NCBI GenBank assembly: GCA_002050235.1
Contig: MWST01000001.1
Coordinates: forward strand, 4,243 to 68,242
Direction: 5' to 3'
DNA length: 64,000 bases
Source: Polyangiaceae bacterium UTPRO1
Lineage (GTDB): Bacteria; Desulfobacterota; Binatia; UTPRO1
Shown: in pieces, positions 18,401-26,293 of the stretch
How positions within the stretch are numbered: the first letter of the stretch is position 1
Layout of the letters: every line of letters begins with the position of its first letter
Notes under the pieces: model-generated
The model's database searches: none
What the model saw: the letters and a program-made list of their open reading frames with translations, nothing else
What the model was told of the DNA's origin: nothing
Program-made: the position numbers and the translations under genes

Positions 18401-20815
18401 GGTCGCTTGCGAGTCGAAGGTGACGAAGCGTCCGTCGGCCGAGATGGCAGGGTTCCAGCTGGACCCGTTGCCTTGCTGTCCGGCGCTGTCGACGCTGACG
18501 CGGACGGTGCTGATCGCGCCGGGCTCGTCGAAGATGCCGTCACCGTCCGTATCGCGATCGTGGAGGAAGACGTCGCTGAAGCCGTTGGTGTCGCCCGGCA
18601 CCATGTTGCTCGCGACGCTCGGAAAGGCGACGAAGCGTCCGTCCGGCGAGATGGCGATGCCCGGCCCGCTGCCGTTGTTGACCTCGTTGCCGTTGCCGTC
18701 GACGCTCACGCGGACCCTGGTGCCGGTGGCGCGGTCGTACGCGTAGACGTCCAATACCCCGTTGGTGTCTGCCGGGACCTCGGTGGGGTCGCTGCTGGCA
18801 AAGGCGACGTGGCGGCCCTCGGCGGCGACCACGGCGCCGAAGCTGTGCAGGCCGAGGAAGATGCTCGACGGGGTGCCGGCGCCGGGGCTCTCGAAGACGT
18901 GGCGCGCCGCGTGCGCCTCGGGCGCGCGGACGAACACCCGCCCGTTCGAGAGCACGAGCGGGCGACCGTCGACGAGGGGCGCCGCATCGACGACGCGGGT
19001 GCTCGTTCCCGCGATCGGTACGGCGCCGCCGGGCGTCGAGCGGAAGAGGCGAAGAACGGCGTCGGCGACATCGCCGTCGCCGTTGGCGTCGAGGGCGGCC
19101 TGTGCCGGCTCCGATTCGAGGAAGGCCGAGATCTCGCCGTCGACGGCGAGGGCCGGATAGCTGAACGGGGGCTCGTGGACGCGTGCGACCGCGCGTCCGT
19201 CAGCGCCGCTCGTGCCGATGGGCTGCAGTGTGCCGGTGGCGCGGTCGGTCAGGCGGACGACGTCGTCGAGCCTGTCGCCGTCACCGTTCAGATCCTCGTC
19301 TTGGAGAGCTTCGGACATGACGAAGGCGTTGACGTCGGCGCTCTGGTTGAGGCCATCGAGCGCAACCGGATCGAGCGCTACGGCGGCAAAGGCCGTGCAC
19401 TGGCCGGGAGCGCATTGCGCATCGACGGTGCACTGGTCGAGAGGGCTCGCTCCGCCGAGGCATGTGCCGGCGCGCAGCACCACGGGCCCGACTCCGGCGA
19501 GCAGCCGGGTTTCGAAGTCGAACAAGCCGGCGCGACACGTGCCGCCCGGGCACTCGGAGCTCGATGCGCAGGTCGCGGTAGCGTTCGTACCGCCGACGCA
19601 GGTCGCGATACCGCACGTCCCGTCGGGGCAGTCGGCGCCGCCGTTGCACGGCAGGCCGACGTTCGCGCCGCCGGCGCAGACGAGGCGGCCCGGACTGCGG
19701 CGCGCGATGCGCACGACGCTCGCCGGCGCGTCGGCCGTACCGAAGAGCGTGAGCGCGTCTTCCGCTGTCGGGTCGGTTTGGGGATCGAAGATGGGAGGGA
19801 GCTTCGCGCCGCCGGGCGAGTACGAGCCGAGGAAGGCACGATCGGGGATCCGTAACGGCTGCCCGGATTCCTCGAACGCCTCGACCGTCGTCGAGCCGCG
19901 GAGCAGGCGCGCGACCGGCACCTCGTTCCGGCGTACGAGTACGCCCTGCATCCCGACCGGGAGCAGGACGTTCCCGGCCGTATCGAGGGTGAAGCGGAGG
20001 TCGTCGACGGTCCCCGTGCAGGGCGGGCTCGGGGCCGTGCAGAGCGCTTGGTAGTCGTTGGGTGGCGGCAACGCGGTGAAGTGCGGAAAGACGGGGTGCG
20101 GCATCGGATCGCAGGCGGTGCCGAGATCTGCGAACAGATCGTCGACGCACGCGAGCAGGTCCGTCCGATCGGCGCACGACTCGCTAGCGAGCGCACAGGG
20201 CAGTGCATCGCTCGCCGAGGTTACGGCGATGGCGACCGGTCCCGTCAGGGTCAGGTCGTCGTTCACGCCGCCCGTGCAGGCGCCGCCGGGACAGGTCGCA
20301 TCGTCGGTACAGGCGCGCCCCGCGTCGTTGCCGCCGGTACAGATCCGCAGGATCGGGTCGGTATCGGGAAAGCGGAATCGAAGGTGGTTGCCGTCGCTGG
20401 CTGCGATGTCGAGCGGCTGCCCGAATCGATTCGCGGTGAAGCACGTGGCGCTCGCTACGTCCGGGCGGGCCGCGCAATCCTGGCGTCGACTCTCGAGCGC
20501 GGCGCAGTCGGTGGCCAGGATCGCAACGTGCCGCGGACCGGCGGGCGGCTGGAAGACGACGGTGACGACTTGCTCCGCCGCCGTCGTCGCGAACCCCGGT
20601 GACCCCGCGTGGCAGCCCGGCTCGCGCGTCAGCTGTATCCAATCGCCCGGGGAGGCGAACGGGCGATCGGCGGCGGCGAGCGTGGAGCGGAAGGACTGTT
20701 GCGTGCCGGGAATGACGTCGCAGGTCGCGAGGCACCGATCGGGGTGTCCGAGCCGCAGGGCAGCGATCGCCACGGAGGCGAGAGCGTGCCTGCGGAAAGA
20801 GCGAAGGGTGCGCAT
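15425..20815 (-). CDS. 1796-aa secreted multi-repeat protein (Cys-rich modules, DxNGDGD calcium-loop-like repeats, PD40/TolB-like beta-propeller repeats, thrombospondin type-3-like repeat, Pro/Thr linker, C-terminal domain)
   Basis: Signal peptide [23 protein letters not shown]. Six repeats of DGR[FYH]V.F.S....V..DTNG..D.[FY]..D..TG (PD40-like). Eight copies of [DN]G D[GAC] D..D.V[LV] motifs (e.g. [17 protein letters not shown]). At least 8 copies of C..[DSN]..C[PA].G.C. One [35 protein letters not shown] segment (TSP3-like). Confidence 0.85.
   Translation of the reverse strand: [1796 protein letters not shown]
15955..16095 (-). repeat. Low-complexity Pro/Thr linker coding region in the 1796-aa protein
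   Basis: Encodes [45 protein letters not shown] on the minus strand. Confidence 0.9.
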
Positions 20816-20983
20816 GAGAGCCCGTTGGAGGTGTAGAGAAGCTCTCTAATCGCCGGCGTGGCGTCAAGGATTTCGAGACACGGCGTCCGACCCGAGCTGC
20901 GCCATATCGGTGCACCCTATCCGCGCCGGCGCCGCCCAGCGCTGCCACTGCCATTCCGCCATATCGCCCATCTCCTGCGCTCT

Positions 20984-21003
20984 CTAGCGCGACACTAGCG
21001 CGA
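20984..21003 (+). repeat. Direct repeat CTAGCGCGA-CA-CTAGCGCGA in the divergent intergenic region upstream of the cytochrome operon
   Basis: ctagcgcga occurs at 20984-20992 and again at 20995-21003, separated by ca. A TTGACC (-35-like) hexamer follows immediately at 21010-21015. No function is demonstrated. Confidence 0.5.
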
Positions 21004-21090
21004 TTTTCCTTGACCGCGACGCAACGGAACGGTAAGCGGCTGCGGCAAGCCTGGGTCGGCATCGCTACGGAGCTTGAGGGGGGTGTGCGC

Positions 21091-23418
21091 GTGCGACGAG
21101 ACATTGGTTGGTCTCGCAGGTGGTTTTCGGTTGCGGCAGCGGCGCTTCTCGCGGGCGCGACGGCGTGCGGCGGCGGTGGTGGCGGCGGCAACGAGAGCAC
21201 CCGACCGACCGCACCGGGGGCGAGCGCGAATGCGCTCAACGTGACGATCGTCGATGCGGCGATCGCCGGCGACGATCGGCCGACCGTCCGCTTCTTCCTG
21301 ACCGACGGACAGGGGGCGCCGCTCTCGCCCGACGGCGTCCGTATTCGCTTCGTGATCGCGGTGCTGCAGGGCGACGGCGGCGAATACCGCGACTACATCA
21401 CCACCGTGCAGACGAGTCCAGACACCAAGATCTCGGCGACGCAGGCAGCCGCCGAGGATGCGGCGCAGGGTACCCTCGAAGATCAGGGCGGAGGCCTCTT
21501 CCGTTACACCTTCGAGAAATCGTTGCCGCAAGGCTACGTTCGGGATGCTTCACACCGGGTCGCCATCTTCGCCGACACCACCATCCTCGACGTCGCCTAC
21601 GTGTCGAACGACGTGCTCGACTTCGTACCGGCGGGCGGGGCGCCGAGGGCGACGCGCGACATCGTTCGCACCGAGACGTGCAACGGTTGCCACGACCCGC
21701 TCGGCGCGCACGGCGGAGCGCGTCGCGACGTCCGGCTCTGCGTCGCCTGCCATTCCACGGAGATCACCGACTTCGCTACCGGAGAGACGACCCCGCACAT
21801 CGATCCCGACACCCGGAACGGCATCGGTTTTCCGGAGCTCATCCATAAGATCCATCGGGGCGAGAACCTGCCGAGCGTGGAGAGCGGACACCCATACCAG
21901 ATCATCGGCTATCGCCAGAGCGTCATCGATTTCTCCCACGTCGCGTTTCCGCAGGACATCCGGAACTGCGAGACCTGCCACAGCGGCGGCGCCCAGAGCG
22001 ACTTCTTCGCGACGCGCCCGTCGCGAACGGCCTGCGGCTCGTGTCACGACGACGTGAACTTCGCGAGCGGCGCCAACCACGGCGGCGGCCCGCAGCCGAC
22101 CGACGGTAGCTGCTCGTCGTGCCACCTGCCGGACTCCGGCCACGAGTTCGATCTTTCGGTCGTCGGGAGCCACACGGTGCCGCAGAACTCGCGGCAGGCC
22201 GCAGGTGTGCGGTTCGCACTCCTCGAGGTTACGAGCGCCGAGAGCGGCGAACCCGTGGTCGCGCCCGGCCAGCACCCGCGCGTGCGCTTCACGATCACCA
22301 GCGCCGCCGGCGACCCGATCCCGCCGGCCGCCATGAACTCGCTGAGCCTCGTGCTCGGCGGCCCGACGGCGGAGTATTCGGCGCAGGACTACGACGGCAA
22401 CGGGACCATCGTACCCGGCGACCCGTCGAGCCCGTGGACCCCCGGCGCCGAGACCTTCAAGTCGGAGAGCGCGATCAAAGACGCGCAGGGTCCCGACCAG
22501 TCGGGCGCCTGGACCTACACCTTCAAGGCCGCAGTGCCGCCGAATGCGACGGGCAGCTACGTGATCGGCATCGAGGGCTACCGGTGCGCCGCGATCGCGG
22601 GGGCGAACCAGCGGCGCGGCGGCTCGAACTGCGACGGCACGGCCGATCCGAACGGCAACGGCCGCGAGGATCCCGGCGAGGTGTTCAACCAGGTTCGCGA
22701 CGCGGGCCACAACGAAGTGCTACCGTTCCCGGTCTCCGCCGCCGCAGTCGCGTCGCGCCGCGAGCCCGTAGCGATCGACAGGTGCTCCGTCTGCCACGGT
22801 GTCTTCTCGAAGGATTTCCTGGTCCACGGCGGCATCCGCAACGAGACGCGCTACTGTCCGGTCTGCCACAATCCGTCGAACGACACGCTGAGCCGCGAGC
22901 TGCCGCCGGCCGGCGAGACGGCGATGACGAGCCCGATCGACTTCAAGGTGATGATCCACAAGATCCACCGGGGTGAGGAACTAGCCGATCCGTACGTCCT
23001 CTACGGCTTCCCGACCGGAAAGTTTCCGAACCAGACCTCGACGGCGACGAACTTCCAGGAGCTTCTCTACCCCGGCGATCTCCGCGACTGCGAGGCGTGC
23101 CATCTGCCGGGCACCTACGTGCTCTCCCCCGGCGCGGGGATCCTCGGGCCCGGGGTGCTGCCGTCGACGGTGCGCTCATTCCTCCAGGGAGAGCGTGACA
23201 AGACGGTCCTCGATGTCTTCACGACGCCGCCGACGATCGCGGTCTGCACGAGCTGCCACGACGACGTCGACTTCACGACCGGCGCCAACCATGCGGCGGG
23301 ACCGCAGAGCGAGGGGAGCTGCGTCGACTGCCATGGCGTCGGACGGTCTCTGAGCGTCGAGCGCACGCACTTCCCCGGCGTTGCGCGCGAGGCGCGCATC
23401 CTGCGGCCGAACAACTGA
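21091..23418 (+). CDS. Decaheme c-type cytochrome lipoprotein, MtrC/OmcA-like architecture
   Basis: Ten CXXCH motifs in a 5+5 arrangement: CNGCH, CVACH, CETCH, CGSCH, CSSCH, then CSVCH, CPVCH, CEACH, CTSCH, CVDCH. The first lies at 21679-21693 and the last at 23320-23334. The two halves are separated by a ~200-aa heme-free region. Duplicated signatures are present (LIHKIHRGENL / MIHKIHRGEEL; C..CHDDV.F..GANH..GPQ...GSC..CH twice). The signal peptide ends ...AAALLAGATAC and is followed by a Gly run, so it is a probable lipoprotein. The start is uncertain (GTG 21085 or 21091, after GAGGGGGG); the track start 21010 is a TTG inside a promoter-like hexamer. Confidence 0.85.
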   Translation: MRRDIGWSRRWFSVAAAALLAGATACGGGGGGGNESTRPTAPGASANALNVTIVDAAIAGDDRPTVRFFLTDGQGAPLSPDGVRIRFVIAVLQGDGGEYRDYITTVQTSPDTKISATQAAAEDAAQGTLEDQGGGLFRYTFEKSLPQGYVRDASHRVAIFADTTILDVAYVSNDVLDFVPAGGAPRATRDIVRTETCNGCHDPLGAHGGARRDVRLCVACHSTEITDFATGETTPHIDPDTRNGIGFPELIHKIHRGENLPSVESGHPYQIIGYRQSVIDFSHVAFPQDIRNCETCHSGGAQSDFFATRPSRTACGSCHDDVNFASGANHGGGPQPTDGSCSSCHLPDSGHEFDLSVVGSHTVPQNSRQAAGVRFALLEVTSAESGEPVVAPGQHPRVRFTITSAAGDPIPPAAMNSLSLVLGGPTAEYSAQDYDGNGTIVPGDPSSPWTPGAETFKSESAIKDAQGPDQSGAWTYTFKAAVPPNATGSYVIGIEGYRCAAIAGANQRRGGSNCDGTADPNGNGREDPGEVFNQVRDAGHNEVLPFPVSAAAVASRREPVAIDRCSVCHGVFSKDFLVHGGIRNETRYCPVCHNPSNDTLSRELPPAGETAMTSPIDFKVMIHKIHRGEELADPYVLYGFPTGKFPNQTSTATNFQELLYPGDLRDCEACHLPGTYVLSPGAGILGPGVLPSTVRSFLQGERDKTVLDVFTTPPTIAVCTSCHDDVDFTTGANHAAGPQSEGSCVDCHGVGRSLSVERTHFPGVAREARILRPNN

Positions 23419-23437
23419 GCGACGAGCGAGGGCGGGC

Positions 23438-23752
23438 GTGGTGCGGCGGTGGTGCGGAGCGGTTCTCGGGGCGGTCGCGATCGTGGCGCTCGTCGGCTGC
23501 GGCAAGGGCAACGACGACGGCGAGGACTTCGGGAACCTGATCGCCGGAGCGCAGGGGACGCAGCTGACGCGCGCCGAGCATCCGACTGGATGGGGACGGA
23601 GCGAGTGCTTCCTTTGTCATCCGCTCGAGGAGATTCATCGGGTCGATCGCAGCGGCACCGGTACGTTGCCGCTCGCCGACATTCGCCGCTTGGTCGATCG
23701 CGATCGCCTGGGGAGCTGTCCCCTGTGCCACGGCAGCAACGGCGTGAATTGA
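23438..23752 (+). CDS. Small diheme c-type cytochrome lipoprotein
   Basis: Signal peptide with a good lipobox (AIVALVGC) and two CXXCH motifs (CFLCH, CPLCH) in about 85 mature residues. GTG start follows GAGGGCGGG, 19 nt after the decaheme stop. Confidence 0.7.
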   Translation: MVRRWCGAVLGAVAIVALVGCGKGNDDGEDFGNLIAGAQGTQLTRAEHPTGWGRSECFLCHPLEEIHRVDRSGTGTLPLADIRRLVDRDRLGSCPLCHGSNGVN

Positions 23753-23756
23753 CGGC

Positions 23757-25064
23757 ATGAGCAGCGGACGCGTCCTCGCAGCAGTGGTGGCCGTGGCGGC
23801 GGCGTTGCCGGCGCCGCCGGCGATCGCGGGAGCACCAGCCCGTTGGGCGCCGGCCGCGAGCGGCTTCTACGGCAACGTGTACACCGCCTTCCAGGCGAAC
23901 ACGCCGCTGCGCCGCCCGTTCGACGACGACAAGAAGGTGTTTCCCTTCTACCAATATCTCGACGTCCACGGGTACGATCCCGCGCACGGACTGTCGTCGT
24001 CGGCGTTCGTGCGCGCGCGCGAGGTCGCCAACGGCGACGATGTCACCCTCGATGTCTACAATGCGAACCTCGAATATCGGGGTCTCGGCGACGCCGGCGA
24101 CGCGCTGCAGGTGCGGGCCGGACGCCAGGTGCTCGCCGAGGGAACGAATTTCCTGCTGATGGACGGAGCCTACGTCCGCGCCAAGCCGCTACGGGGGCTC
24201 GATGTGGTCGCGTACGGCGGCTACCAGGATGCCGATCTGCAGCCGTACCCGGAGAAGCCGGAGCGGAGCTTCGGCGTCTTCGGCGCCACGCTGCGCTCGA
24301 CGCAGTTCCTGGGCGCCCTCGCAACGGTCGGCTACCACGGCCTGACGCCGCAGGACTCGGCTCCGCGCCACTTCGTGGACCTGGGCTTCAAGCGCGCCGT
24401 GCCGTACACCGACTTCGCCGACGTCTACAGCCGGGTGGAGCTCGATGTCGGCGAGGCGGTGCCGGCGTTCGCCAACGTCGGCGTCGGCCTGAGCCTGGCG
24501 CGGCCGCTCTACCTGAATCTCGAATACGACAGCTACGAACCCGACCCCGATCAGGACCGGTTCCTGCAGGATCGGATCTTCGACGTCTTCGCGCTCGACC
24601 GTCTGCAGGAGGCGCGCATCGGGATCACCTACAAGGCGACGCGCTGGCTCGATGTGTCGTCGAGCTATTCGTTCGCGACCTACGACAAGCAGAACGACCA
24701 TGCGACGCACGGCCACATCGCCAAGCTCGGCTTCAACTGGAACTTCTGGCGGCGACTCGGGCTGCGCGCGTTCAACGGCGTCTACCTGATCGACGGCGGC
24801 GGCGACGATCGCGCGGTCGGCGTCAACTGCGGCGTCTCCGAGGAGATCCTCCGCGGCCTCGAGATCCATGGGATCTTCGCCTTCGCGAACTTCGACAGCA
24901 TCACCGGCAAGCACGGCAACGCCTACAGCTACATCATCGGCACCCAGTACCTGGTGGTGCGGAACGTCTCGCTCCTCGCCGAGATGGAGTACAACACCAA
25001 TCCCGATTTCGAGGTCGACGTCCGCGGCAATTTCGGCCTTACCTACACCTTCAGCTGGAGCTGA
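23757..25064 (+). CDS. Outer-membrane beta-barrel protein (candidate porin component of the cytochrome conduit)
   Basis: 435 aa with signal peptide MSSGRVLAAVVAVAAALPAPPAIAGA. Aromatic-rich amphipathic strands alternate throughout (LDVYNANLEYRG, VVAYGGYQD, IGITYKATRWLDVSSSYSFATY, LGFNWNFW, GNFGLTYTFSWS at the C-terminus). There are no heme motifs. The call rests on composition and pattern, not on a recognised named family. Confidence 0.65.
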   Translation: MSSGRVLAAVVAVAAALPAPPAIAGAPARWAPAASGFYGNVYTAFQANTPLRRPFDDDKKVFPFYQYLDVHGYDPAHGLSSSAFVRAREVANGDDVTLDVYNANLEYRGLGDAGDALQVRAGRQVLAEGTNFLLMDGAYVRAKPLRGLDVVAYGGYQDADLQPYPEKPERSFGVFGATLRSTQFLGALATVGYHGLTPQDSAPRHFVDLGFKRAVPYTDFADVYSRVELDVGEAVPAFANVGVGLSLARPLYLNLEYDSYEPDPDQDRFLQDRIFDVFALDRLQEARIGITYKATRWLDVSSSYSFATYDKQNDHATHGHIAKLGFNWNFWRRLGLRAFNGVYLIDGGGDDRAVGVNCGVSEEILRGLEIHGIFAFANFDSITGKHGNAYSYIIGTQYLVVRNVSLLAEMEYNTNPDFEVDVRGNFGLTYTFSWS

Positions 25065-25068
25065 CCCG

Positions 25069-25701
25069 GTGCGACGATCGACCTTGCGGATCTGTCTGTT
25101 CTCTCTCGTGCTCGCGATCGGCGTGGGCCTCGGCTGCCGGAAGCTCGGGCAGGGCGTCGACTGGGGCTGGCGTGCGGAGCGGCCGGCGGACGCGCTCGCG
25201 GTGTTCTCGCATCAGGGGCACAAGAAGGTCTTCGCGGAGCGGCGGATCCAATGTTTCGCGTGTCACACCATGTCGGCGCGGCTCGAGGACGAGCAGGAGG
25301 CCGCCGCCGCGATCCGAGCGTCCAGGGAGGTGTTCAACGGCGGCAAGGAGGCGTGCCACGCCTGCCACTACAATCCCGAGGTCGGCAACACCGCTCCCGA
25401 CCGCTGCGGGATCTGTCACGCCGATGTCGAGGAGGTCGAGCCGGCGAATCACAACTTCGACTGGATGAGCCGCCACCTGGTCTTCGCCAAGAACGACCCC
25501 GCCAGCTGCGAGAGCTGCCACCAGCAGCGCTACTGCCAGGACTGTCACACCCGTCGCGACCAGACGGTGCGCAGCTACCACGACACCAACATCCGCTTCA
25601 CGCACGGCATCGAGGCGCGCGCGAATCCCATGAAGTGCGGGCAGTGCCACGCTCGCGGCTTCTGCCAGCACTGCCACACGGAAGGCGGCTATGAGAAGTA
25701 G
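25069..25701 (+). CDS. Heptaheme c-type cytochrome (c3/c7-like paired motifs), possibly lipoprotein
   Basis: Seven CXXCH motifs: CFACH, CHACH, CGICH, CESCH, CQDCH, CGQCH, CQHCH, including the tandem pairs CESCHQQRYCQDCH and CGQCHARGFCQHCH. The N-terminal hydrophobic segment ends GVGLGC, an imperfect lipobox. GTG start at 25069, 4 nt after the barrel stop; the track start 24868 overlaps the barrel gene. Confidence 0.8.
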   Translation: MRRSTLRICLFSLVLAIGVGLGCRKLGQGVDWGWRAERPADALAVFSHQGHKKVFAERRIQCFACHTMSARLEDEQEAAAAIRASREVFNGGKEACHACHYNPEVGNTAPDRCGICHADVEEVEPANHNFDWMSRHLVFAKNDPASCESCHQQRYCQDCHTRRDQTVRSYHDTNIRFTHGIEARANPMKCGQCHARGFCQHCHTEGGYEK

Positions 25702-26293
25702 GGGAGCACTCGCCGTCGCCGCGGCGCTGCTCCTATTCGGAGCGGTCGGAGCGCATGCGGCGGAGAAGGACAAGGACGAGGACAATCCGCACGAGAAGAT
25801 GACGCGGAGCCGGAGCGTTTGCATCGATTGCCATACGCGGGTGCCGAAGCCGGGAGAGCACGCCGCCGATTATTCCCTCGTCGATGCGCCGTCGGAGAAC
25901 TGCCTTGGTTGCCACAGCGAATCCGAGCACGCCGGCGCCCGGGCGCACCTCGGCCGCGAGTTCGCGAAGGAGGCGCCGGAGGTGGCCGCCGGGTTGCCGC
26001 TCGACGAGCACGGCAAGATCGCCTGCTTCACCTGCCACGATCCGCATCCGGCGGGCGTGATCGAGGGCCGCACGGTGCATGCGTCGGCGGTGAATACGGA
26101 GACGCGGACGTTTCTCGCGGCGCGGGCGCTGCCCGCGGGCGCCGAGCGCCTCGAGCCTTCCGCCGAGTTCGGGGCGCTGCTGCGCTTGCCACCCGGTGTC
26201 GGATGTGCAGGTTGTCACCCGGCAACGAAAGAATCACCTTGGAGGGAGAAGACGCTATGGAGCGAACGCATTCGGGTCTTGCCGTATTGGTAG
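25691..26293 (+). CDS. Tetraheme c-type cytochrome, periplasmic
   Basis: Signal peptide MRSRGALAVAAALLLFGAVGAHA and four CXXCH motifs (CIDCH, CLGCH, CFTCH, CAGCH). The start overlaps the preceding gene by 11 nt. Confidence 0.8.
   Translation: MRSRGALAVAAALLLFGAVGAHAAEKDKDEDNPHEKMTRSRSVCIDCHTRVPKPGEHAADYSLVDAPSENCLGCHSESEHAGARAHLGREFAKEAPEVAAGLPLDEHGKIACFTCHDPHPAGVIEGRTVHASAVNTETRTFLAARALPAGAERLEPSAEFGALLRLPPGVGCAGCHPATKESPWREKTLWSERIRVLPYW

Noticed and set aside
16898-19855. 985-aa plus-strand ORF and other ORFs opposite the 1796-aa gene
   Set aside because: Asp/Arg/Gly/Ala-rich shadow translation without motifs. The minus strand carries PD40, DxNGDGD and TSP3-like repeats and a signal peptide.
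21010-21090. TTG at 21010 as the start of the decaheme cytochrome gene
   Set aside because: The TTG is part of a TTGACC -35-like hexamer. The first 27 codons precede the signal peptide and are highly charged. A GTG preceded by GAGGGGGG at 21085/21091 fits better. The start remains uncertain.
23757-25064. Calling the beta-barrel gene mtrB (and the operon mtrCAB)
   Set aside because: At 435 aa it is far shorter than MtrB/PioB-type barrels (~700-800 aa), and I could not see their characteristic features. No decaheme MtrA homolog is adjacent. I kept it as a generic candidate porin.
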